DNA from: Parvularia atlantis
Taxonomy: Eukaryota
DNA length: 35,136 bases
Assembly: GCA_943704415.1 (NCBI GenBank)
Contig: CALSCO010001689.1
Coordinates: 1-35,136 of the forward strand
Direction: 5' to 3'
In this document: in pieces, positions 23,701 through 35,136 of the stretch
How positions within the stretch are numbered: the first letter of the stretch is position 1
Layout: the number at the start of each line of letters is the position of its first letter
Notes under the pieces: generated by a model
Told to the model about the DNA's origin: nothing
The model's database searches: none
What the model saw: the letters and a program-made list of their open reading frames with translations, nothing else
Position numbers and translations under genes: made by a program

Positions 23701-26700
23701 ACGTTGATCTGGTGCGGCTCGGTCACGGCGCCCTCGATGCGGCTGGATTGTGTACGCCGACATCAGGCCGCCGCAGAAGTGCAGTCAGGGGTGCACGCAC
23801 CAGATGCGCGTGAAGTGCACAAGGATCTGGCGCATGCGGTCCTCGTCGCTCTTGTCCAGCTGCCGCAGCTGCAACAGCGCGCGCAGGTCGGTGAGCTGTG
23901 CGTGGCCGCGCGTGTCAGCAGGGCCGGCGAGCGTGCGTGCGGTGTGACACACGCGCGCGCGCGCGCCCCTTTTGCTCGATCTCGTCAAACATCGTGATCG
24001 AGTTGTCGGTGACGAGGATGCGCGCGAGGCACGTGTTCTCGAAGATGGTCTGCGCCTCGGAGAACAGCTGGTCGATGAGGTTCAGCGCTGCGGTGCGCGT
24101 GTGCGTCTCAGTGTGACGTGCGTTGCTGCCGCCAGAGCGCGCAGCGCACCCGCAAACGTCATCTTGGTGTACTGGTACTTGGCCAGGTCGAGCAGGATGT
24201 GCACGATGCGGTCGCGCTTGAGCATGTCGGTGCGCTTGAACAGGTTGTTGAGGTACTGCATCACCTGCGACGTGCCAACGTCCTTCTGGACGGCCTGTGT
24301 GTGCGCACACGCGTATGTCGGTTGCCGTACGAGCCAGAAAGGGCCGCGCGGGCGCAACGTACGTCGGCGATGACCATCGCTTCGTCCTGCATGATCGCAG
24401 GGCCTGAGAAGATCGCCGTGACCGACGACAGCGCCGTGCGTCCGAGCGTGCCACCGGTGTCGCGCATGGCGGTAATCTGTCGACGGGCGCGTCGGTAGCG
24501 ATCAGCGGCGCACTGCTGCTCACACCTTCTTAAAGTCATGCAGCAGCTCCTTCAGGCGCACGCTCGTGCGCAAGTTCACAAAGTACTTGAGCACGGTGAA
24601 GCCCTCGAACTTGGCGTTCACCACGGCCTTGTTCTCCGAGCTCTTCTTGTACCTATTTTCGGCGCGCGCGCGCGCGCGCGCATGCAACGTGAGCGGCCGA
24701 CGCGACGGCGGAGCACGCGCGCGCGCACCGCTCCTTGGCGCGCCAGCTCTCGGCGTCGGACGGCTCCTGGTCCTGGATGGCCAGGTCGATCGTGCCGTCC
24801 ATGAGGTTGATGAGCGACTGCAGCAGGTTCTCGATGTCCTCCTTGCTCGTGTAGTAGCTGGCGGGCGCACGTCGCGTCGTGTGAGTGGGGCCCGTACCGC
24901 GCGGCGTGTGCACGCAGAGCCGCACCCGTAGCCGACGAGCTTGCCCGTGAGCGCGAGCACCTCGCGCACAAAGCTGTTGCGCTGCATCTCCTTCGCGATC
25001 ATGACTTGGTTGTCGCGGATGTGCCTTGTTGCGGCGCGGCCGGCGTGAGTGCAACGGTGCAGGCGCGGTTGCGCGCACGCACTTGAGCACAAAGTCGCGC
25101 AGCTGCGGGAACTCAGGCATCTCGCAGCCGGTGATGGACACGGTCGGGCGGTCGGTCTGCATGAACGGCTTCTCGAGGTCCTTCCACGCGAACGAGAGCT
25201 GCGACGGCGCGGCGCGTGAGGGGGTGCGCGCACCGGTGCGAGCGTCCTCGGCGCACCTTGACGTTGTCGAGCACGAGGAAGTTGTTGCCGGCGTCGACGT
25301 AGACGTAGTTGATGAAGCGCACGAAGGCTGTCGCGCCACAGCGCGATCAGGCGCCGCACAAGCACCACGGCAGTCTGCACAAGCGCACCGGCGCGGATCG
25401 GCTGCGGGATGGCGTCGTTGTTGGCGCAGTCGAACGCGATCTCGTACGAGACGGCCGTGCGCATGATATCCTGGTTCTGCTTGTTACGGCCGAGGCACAT
25501 CAGGGCCATGAGGCTGATCTGGCGCTGGACGTAGTTGATGTGGCCCTTGATCTCCTTGTCCGACTGCCCGCGACGCGGCGCGTGAGCGATGCGTGAGCGG
25601 CGCCGCGGCGAGCACGCAGCGGCACAGCGGCATACCGGCACGTGCTCCTTCGAGAAGAACTGCGCGATGGGCAGGAACCGCTTCTCCTTGAACGACTGCA
25701 TTAGCGTCTCGCTGGCCTCGCGCTTGAACAGGTACAGCACGGGCGTCTTCTTGTTGGCGTCGTTAAGGCGGTCGCAGACCGTGCGCTGCGACTGGGCGAT
25801 GGCACTGGGGCGCGCCAGCATCTGTCAGTGCCCTCGCCGGCGCGCGCGAGCTGCAGCCCCAGCGACGCACCGTCCGTCGCACGAGCACAGGGCGTCGAGG
25901 AAGCGCAGGAAGTTGGAGTCCTTGGACTCGCACAGCCAGTACACAAACGACTCGACCTGCGCGGGCTCGATGCGGTCGAGGATCTTGTCGTTGTCGGCCA
26001 CGAGCTCCATGAGCATCTGGGCCACGCCAAAGTTTGGGCTGCCAAGCTGTGCGGTGTCGCGCGCGCGCATTAGCATGCTGCAGCCAGGCGCGAGGGGCTG
26101 TGACGCGGGTGCGCACCTGGCTCTGGAAGAAGGGGATGTACTTGGCGACGTAGAGCTCGTTCTTGCGGCTGTCGCCCACGAGGTACTTGTGGGGGGGGGG
26201 GGGGGGGGGGGGGGGGGTCAGCACATGTGCACATCGAGGAGCGCGGCGAGCGGCACAGCGTACCTCGCTCAGCAGCTCGTACACAGCCTGGCACGTGAGC
26301 TCGAAGCGCGGGTACTTGTTCACGTCGGCGAGGTCGATGCCGTTCGCGTTGAAGCCCTGGATCTGCTTGAAGGCTGGCGTGGTCGTGTGTCAGCAGGGTG
26401 GATGTAGTATCGCAGGCTACGGTGCACGCACTGGTCGAGGGCTTGAAGGGTACCTTGAGCATCATGACGACTATGTCGATGATGCGCGTCTGGCGCAGGA
26501 GCTTCTGGCGGCTCTTCTCGAGGCGGTAGATGTCGGTGTTGGCACCCTCCTTGGACTCGCGCAGGAACGCGACCAGGGCGAGCACGACGTTGCGCACGCT
26601 CTGCGCGACGCACGTCAGGTGGAGCGTGCCGGGTGTAGCCGATCGCGTAGCCGCACCGCGAAAAAGTTGAGCGGCACGTCCTTCTCGACACTCGACGCCT

Positions 26701-28779
26701 CAAACATGCGCAGGTACTGGTCCAGCAGCGGCAGCAGGCCCAGGCAGAAGTTGAGGTCGCGGATGCGCAGTGGTTGGACCTGCACGCACAGCGTGTCAGC
26801 GTGCCGCGGGGGCTAGCTCAGCCGTGTCGCTTTCGCACCGGCAGGATGGCGAAGGCGTCGTCGTAGCGGAACTCGAACGACGCGACCTTGTACACGTTGG
26901 CGTTGTCCCACTTGAGGTCCTGGATGCCCGTGCCCGCGGCGCCGGGGGCGATGGTCGACTGTGCGCGGCGGCGCAGCAGCGCAGATGAGCGTCGCCTGGC
27001 CAGTGGCGGTGCGGCGAGGCGACGCACCACGCGCTTCTGCGCCGCGATGCTGTACTGCTGGCGCTCGTGCAGTTCACTCGACTGGCCGTGCAGCCACTTG
27101 CCCGAGCTGATGTGCTCGATGCGCGCAAAGCTGCTGCGCGGGATCTCGAGGCCCTCCTTAACGACCGGGTAGAGCTTGAAGTAGGTCTGGGTCTGGTGCG
27201 CGGCACGGTTCAGCGCGCGGTCTAAGCGGAGCGAGCGGGCTCGGCCGGCGCACGTCTTTCGCCGTCGTGAGCACGGGCGTCCACTCGTCCGACTTGCCCG
27301 TCTGCTGAAAGGCGAGGTACTTGCGCGTGAGCATGTGGCGCAGGCGCACGGGCTGCTCCCAGAGAATGACGTTGCCGCGGCTGCCGTGGCCGGCGATATC
27401 GATCTGCGGGCGTGTGCGTGCGTGCACGTGTTCAGCGGTGCAGGTTGTGCAGGAGTGAGCGTGCCTGCCAGAACGTGATGGCCGAGTCGAGGCTCATCAG
27501 CTCGTCGTTGCCCTCGACGCGCTTGTTGCCCTTGCGCTCGCGCAGGTGCACGCCCTCGCCGACGCCGCGGTTGAGGTAGTTGCCCTCGGCGACGAGGTAC
27601 GCGTCGATCTCCTTGTGCAGCAGGACGATCGTGTCGCCGCCCTATGTGACTTGGTGTTAGCGGACGTGCATGGCCGACGGCCAGCTCGGGCAGCGCGCAC
27701 CCGCAGCGACGTCTCGCGCGGCGCCGCGTTGAGCACGTGAGGGCGCACGGTGAACGCGTCGCGATGGACCGAGAGCGCAACCTCGGGAAAGTCGGTCAGG
27801 ACGGCGTTCTCGGCAAGGTAGTCGTCCTCGAGCACGGCCTTATCCAGGCGCTTGCTCACAAAGATAAACTGGCCGGGCGTCTTGACGCTCTCGAGCAGGA
27901 TCTGGTCGCCCATGCGGACCATGTCGCCCTCGGAACGGACCTTGTAGCGTGGCATGATGCGGAACCACGCGTCTACAAGGGAAAAAGGCGCGCGCGGTGA
28001 GAATGGCCCACCACGGCAGCACGCGGCCACGCACGCTTGCTGCTGTTGGTGCGCGTGAACACGCGCATGCCGGTCACGTCGGTGCTGGCCGGGTCCTCGG
28101 TCGAGACGGTGACAAACTGGTTGGTGAGGTTGTGCAGGAGCTGGACGACGAGGCCGTACGTGACCGGCTTGTGGCGCATGCGCTCCTGCTCGGTCTCGTT
28201 GTCGTGCTGCTCGGCCTCGACGGCGGCCTCGAGCTGCGAGAGCATGCGCGACTCCTCGGGCGTGACCGTGATCTCTTGCGTCGCGTCCTGCGCGCGCGTG
28301 CGGCCCCCACACGTGAGCACCACAGACGAGGGCGCCCGCGCCCGTGCCCGCGCACCTTGTTCTTCTTGCGCTCCTTGGCCAGGCGCCGCTCGACCTGGGC
28401 GCGGTACTTGTTGAGCTTCTTGCTCATCTTGTACTTGTTGGCCGGCAGGACCGTGAACGCCGCGCCCTTGATGTTTGGCAGGTCCGGGTCGTGCATCTCG
28501 GGCGCGCGCACGTGCAGCGTCGGCTTGAGCGGGTTCTCGTTGTACAGATAGCCCTCGTACTGCGCGCGGCACGCGCAGGGAGGGGTGCACGGGGAGGGTC
28601 AGCCGCGCCGCGCCGGCGCGCCGTGATCGCACCCCGTCCTTCTCGCTGAAGAACAGCACCGTGTCGCCGAACGAGAGCGGCTCGCCCGCAACCTGCTGGC
28701 TCTCCTCCTCGTCGCCGCCTGCGGTCGCTGTCTGCCGGCGCGGCGGCAGGAGCGAGCCCACGGTGTCGCGGCGCTGCAT
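17737..28779 (-). CDS. ITPR: Inositol 1,4,5-trisphosphate receptor / ryanodine-receptor family Ca2+ release channel (IP3R-sized), about 53 exons
   Basis: N-terminal LSFGDTVLF and VTYGLVVQLLH, AWFRIMPRYKVRSEGD, MIR-type VRLRHMLTRKYL, RQKLLRQ, DSRKNELY, FLDALCSCDG, RIH-associated LRIIQLLCEGQN, pore GLRAGGGIGD, LNIIFGIIVDTFSELRD, and zinc finger CFVCSL...HIDKDHNMWAYLFF. Confidence 0.93.
26191..26217. repeat. G27 homopolymer (C27 in the intron sense) within an IP3R intron
   Basis: 27 consecutive G on +. On - it lies between the CTGAC branch motif and the AAG acceptor. Confidence 0.95.
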
Positions 28780-28958
28780 CTTTGTGTCGCTCCCTCCTTC
28801 TCCTGCGCGGCAGGGGCGAGACGCGAGGTCAATGGCCGCGCCGTTGGGCTCTTCGCCGAAAGCGCATGACACAGATCAGCCAATCAGCGACGACCACGAG
28901 ACGAGAATGGGCATGATCGACAACTGCAGCACGTACATAGCCGGTGCGGGGGTTCGGC

Positions 28959-29015
28959 ATCGGCCCTCCACCGCGCCGCGGCGAGGCGGCGGGTGTTGCG
29001 AGGGGCGAGCGTCAT
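28959..29015 (-). promoter_or_regulatory. Putative form-II SECIS element in the 3' UTR of the SelK-like gene
   Basis: Minus strand reads AUGAC-GCUCGCCCCUCGC-AACACCC-GCCGC-CUCGCC-GCGGC-GCGGUGGAGGGC-CGAU. This gives an AUGA/GA non-Watson-Crick core, a roughly 12-bp helix II with two mismatches and a bulge, an unpaired AA, and a 5-bp apical mini-stem. It starts about 190 nt downstream of the gene's TAG. Helix I is not clear. Confidence 0.75.
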
Positions 29016-29204
29016 GTGACCAGTCGAGGCGACGCCTCGGCCGGCGCCGGCGAAGGGGGGTGTTGAAGGAAGGGCGAGAGGGGCTGAGGACACCGGGAGG
29101 CGGGCGGACAGAGGGGGGAGCCGCCCGTCGGCGGGCCACAGCCAAAGCTGCGGCCCCACCGACGGGGAAGGCGCCCCCGCTGCCGCCGCGCAGCCCGGAG
29201 CCGG

Positions 29205-29782
29205 CTACGAAGGTCAGCTGCCGCCCTCGCACGCGCTCGCGCTCGACCCTGCGCCGCGCGTCAGCCCCGCCCGCGGCCCACGTGCAGGCATACGCGCGCG
29301 CACCGCTCGCCACGCGGCCCATCGGGCGCTTGCGGTAGCAGCCGGGGCGGCCGCACGCGCATTGCTCGTCGTGGCTGAACGTGCGCGCGTGAATTGCGCC
29401 GCTCGCCCGCGCCGCGCGGGGACGCACCTGACGTGGTTCGAGCGGTCGGCGCCGAGGTTGCGGCGCGCGCGCGTGTTCTTGTACTCCTGCAGGTTCGTGC
29501 CGGGCAGCATCGTCTCGAAGCTTCAGCGCGACCGTGTCGGAGCCGCTCACGTCAGCGCCGCAACTGCAAGTACACGCGCGCGCGCGCGCCACGGGACGCA
29601 CAAGGACCAGACAGTGTTGAGCATGGCCATGACAAGCTCCCACGCGGTCACCGCCAGCGGGCGGCTGTGCGTGATCGTGCCTGGGCGGCGACCGCGGCGA
29701 CCGCGCGCGCGGTGAGAAGGCGGCTCGCAGCGCGGTGTGTACGCGCGCGCACACTACCGTCACGTGCGACGTACACGGCCAT
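29205..29782 (-). CDS. SELENOK: Selenoprotein K-like protein, 103 aa, Sec (UGA) at residue 101; exons 29782-29758, 29680-29602, 29520-29428, 29374-29304, 29248-29205
   Basis: Spliced: [108 protein letters not shown]. It follows the SelK pattern: N-terminal MxYV..G, hydrophobic segment ending FFxT(M/L), basic/Gly region with MGR(V/I), Sec third from the end. The exon phases are mutually consistent. Confidence 0.85.
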
Positions 29783-29881
29783 CGTGGGAAGTGCCGCTCA
29801 GGCTAGGCCAGGGAGCCACGTGGTTTCTGCGCACCTCGTGGTCTACCGCACGCGCAACGCACGCGCAGGACGTCAGCAGCA

Positions 29882-32800
29882 ATGGGCGGTGGCGGTGGTG
29901 ACGCGAAGCCCGTGGTGGTGGTGCGTCGCCCACACGCGAGCCGCACGCGCGCGTTCTGAGTTACCGCGCACGGTGCGAGCAGCAGTACAAGTTCGACAAC
30001 AGCGACGTCAACTGGCTCGCGATCAACACCGTGCGCTGCCTCGCGGCCGACATGGTGCAGAAGGCCAACAGCGGTGCGTGCGCCCTGGGGACGCGCGCGC
30101 GATAAGGCTCACGAGCCGAGCCGCACGCGCGCACGGAGGCCACCCCGGCGCGCCCATGGGCTGCGCGCCGATGGCCCACGTGCTCTGGAGCAAGTTCATC
30201 ACGGCCGACCCGAGCGACTCGCAGTGGTTCAATCGCGACCGCTTCGTGCTGTCCAACGGCCACGGCTGCGCGCTGCAGTACATCTTCCTGCACCTGCTCG
30301 GCTACAAGCTCTCGCTGGACGACCTCAAGGCCTTTCGCCAGCTGCACTCCAAGTGCGCCTGCGCCGTTGTGCGCACGCCGGCTCACGCGCACGCGCAACA
30401 GGACGCCCGGCCACCCCGAGGCCGGCCACACGGACGGCGTTGAGGTCACAACGGGCCCGCTCGGCCAGGGTGCGCTGCGCTTGTCGCGCGCGCCCGATGC
30501 GTCCGCCTGAGCCGCGCCGGTCGCGACCAGGCTTCTCCAACGCGGTCGGCCTGGCCATCGCCGAGAAGCACCTTGCGGCGACGTTCAACCGCCCGGGCTT
30601 TGACGTGGTCGACAACTACACGTACGTCATCGTCGGTGACGGCTGCCTGCAGGAGGGCGTGTGCGCCGAGGCGGCCTCGCTCGCCGGGTGCGCGCGATAC
30701 CCTGCCGCGCCGGCTGAGCAGACGGGCGTGGCTGACGCGACGTACTCGCTGCCGCAGCCACCTCGGCCTGGGGAAGCTGATCGTGTTGTACGACGACAAC
30801 CTGATCCAGATCGACGGTGCGCCGCGACCGTGTGCGCCGCATCCGTCCTGACGCCCCCGCAGGCTCGACCGAGCTCGCATTCACCGAGGACGTGTGCAAG
30901 CGCTTCGAGTCGTACGGCTTCCACACGCAGACGATCGCGGACGGGAACCACGAGCTGGGCGACATCGAGCGTGCGATCGCCAACGCCAAGGCCGTCACCG
31001 ACAAGCCCTCGCTGATCAAGATTCGGTGCGCGCCGGCTGCCGCGCCCAGCCGCGCAGCTGACCCGTGCGCTGCTGCGTCGCCAGGACAGTGATCGGCTAC
31101 GGCTCGGAGAACCAGGGCACGGACAAGGTGCGGCTGTGTCGCGTCGCTCAGCCCTGCGCAGCGCTGACTAGAGGACATGAGCGCAGGTGCACGGCGCGCC
31201 GCTCGGCGACAAGGACGTGGCCAACGTCAAGAGCAAGCTCGGCTTCGACCCGGAGAAGAAGTTCGAGGTGCCAGACCAAGTGCGTCGCGGCCGCTCTGGT
31301 GGCGGGCGGGCGCTAACAGCGACCGGGGTGCTAGGTCAAGCAGTACTTTGCCGACATTGCCGTCCGCGGCAAGCAGAAGCACGCCGAGTGGGACGCGCTC
31401 TGTGCTCGCTACGCCGCCGCCCACCCGGACCTGGCTGCGGTGAGCCAGCGCGAGGCACGCGGAAGCACGGCGCGCTGACGGCTGGTGTGTGCGCGCAGGA
31501 GCTCAAGCGCCGCATCGAGGGCCGCCTGCCGGACAACTGGAAGACCGCCCTGCCGTCGTTTACGCCCAAGGACGCGGCTGCGGCGACGCGGTGCGGGCGT
31601 TCGCGTCTTTGCTGTGCCGCGCTCACGTGTTCGTGCGCGTCGGCAGCAAGTTCTCGCAGAAGGTGCTCAACAACTTGGCCAAGGTCGTGCCGGAGCTCAT
31701 GGGCGGCTCGGCTGACCTTACGGGCTCCAACTACACCAACCTAGACTGCTCGTTTGACTTCCAGAAGGTGCGCCTCTCTGCTCACGCTAAGCGTCCTGCG
31801 TCCTGCGTCCTCACCGGCCGCGCACAGGACGCCCCGCTCGGCCGGTACCTGCGCTTCGGCGTGCGCGAGCACGCGATGGCCGCCATCTGCAACGGCCTGC
31901 AGGCGTACGGCGGCGTGCTGCCGTTCTGCGCGACCTTCCTCAACTTTATCGGGTGCGTCCCTTCGCGCGCTGCGACGTGTCTGGCCGACGACTGAGCGGT
32001 GCGCGCGCGCATACAAAGCTACGCCCTCGGCGCTGTACGCCTGAGCGCCCTGTCGCACTTTGGCGTGCTGTACATCATGACGCACGACTCGATCGGCCTG
32101 GGCGAGGACGGCCCGACGCACCAGCCGATCGAGAGCCTGATCACGTGCCGCGCCACGCCGAACCTGCTCACGCTGCGCCCGGCCGACGGCAACGAGACGT
32201 CGGGCGCGTATGCGGTCGCGCTCGAAAACCGCAAGCGCCCGTCTGTGGTGCGCGCGCTCGCGTCGCTTGCCTGCCTGTGCGCTTGCTCACGCCGTCCGGC
32301 CAGCTCGCGCTCAGCCGCCAGAATCTCGACAACCTCGAGGGCACGGCCGTCGACAAGGTCGCGCTAGGCGGTTACGTCATCCAGGACGTGGACCAGGCCG
32401 ACGTGATCCTGATCGGCACCGGGTCGGAGCTGGTGCTCTGCGTCGAGGCCGCCAAGGCACGTGCGCGAGGCCGCAGGCCGCGCGAGACTGACGCGGCGGG
32501 ATGCAGGCGCTCGCGGCCGAGGGCGTCAAGGCCCGCGTCGTGTCGATGGTGTGCACGGAGCTGTTTGACGAGCAGACGCCACAGTACCGCCAGTCGGTGC
32601 TGCTGGAGGGCGTGCCGGCGCTGTCGGTCGAGGCCGGCAGCGTGGCCGGCTGGGCCAAGTACGCGCACGCGTCGCTCGGCATCGACACGTTCGGCATGTC
32701 TGCGCCGGCCAAGGTGCGCTTGGGAACACTGCGTGCGGCCGGCGGTCGCTGACACGCAAGGACGGCAGGACGTGTACAAGTACTTTGGCCTGACGGGCCC

Positions 32801-32888
32801 GGGCGTGGCCGACAAGGCCAAGAAGCTGATCGCGCACTTCAAGACCACCGGCCTGAAGCCGCACCCGCTCGTGCCGATTGTGCTGTGA
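29882..32888 (+). CDS. TKT: Transketolase, 17 exons
   Basis: [57 protein letters not shown] (ThDP motif), [43 protein letters not shown] at 32886-32888. Confidence 0.97.
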
Positions 32889-32900
32889 GGGGTGCGCCGC

Positions 32901-32926
<26 letters not shown>
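32901..32926. repeat. (TG)13 microsatellite between the convergent TKT and malic enzyme stops
   Basis: Directly visible dinucleotide run. Confidence 0.9.
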
Positions 32927-32931
<5 letters not shown>

Positions 32932-32959
32932 GCACAAAGAACATGACGGCGGCAGAGCG

Positions 32960-35136
<2,177 letters not shown>

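Noticed and set aside
28780..28872. Upstream extension of the IP3R ORF (track start 28872)
   Set aside because: That start is a non-ATG codon; the first in-frame ATG is at 28779.
29025..29051. Small inverted repeats (CGAGGCG-A-CGCCTCG; GCCGGCGCCGGC) next to the SECIS
   Set aside because: Short GC-rich hairpins are expected by chance at this composition; no independent support for function.
29214..29510. ORF-track protein ending at TGA 29214
   Set aside because: It reads through two introns and treats the probable Sec codon as a stop; replaced by the spliced SelK-like model.

Overview
Very GC-rich (roughly 70% by eye), gene-dense, intron-rich genomic DNA from a eukaryote, probably unicellular. 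It is not prokaryotic, so most ORFs in the supplied track are exon fragments or antisense artefacts. I reconstructed 13 spliced genes by hand, with about 156 introns of mostly 50-75 nt (donor usually GTGCG[C/T], CTGAC/CTCAC-type branch site, no polypyrimidine tract). In order: SUMO(-), cytidine deaminase(+), CEBPZ/Mak21(-), pelota(+), a shootin-1-like coiled-coil/polyproline protein(-), RSL1D1-like(+), ZupT-type ZIP transporter(+), MCM9(-), an orphan WW-domain protein(+), an 11-kb IP3-receptor-family channel(-), a small selenoprotein K-like gene(-), transketolase(+) and a 5'-truncated malic enzyme(-). Main findings: (1) a 5-exon SelK-like gene that the ORF track truncates, with an in-frame UGA third from the C-terminus and a form-II SECIS-like hairpin, lying directly upstream of the IP3 receptor gene (SelK's known client in mammals); (2) divergent gene pairs whose start codons are only 15 and 24 bp apart; (3) a shootin-1-like gene in an apparently non-animal genome; (4) about 8% GC-AG introns and an unusual +4C donor consensus; (5) a malic enzyme ending in a PTS1-type tripeptide. 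All homology calls rest on motif recognition from memory, not database searches.
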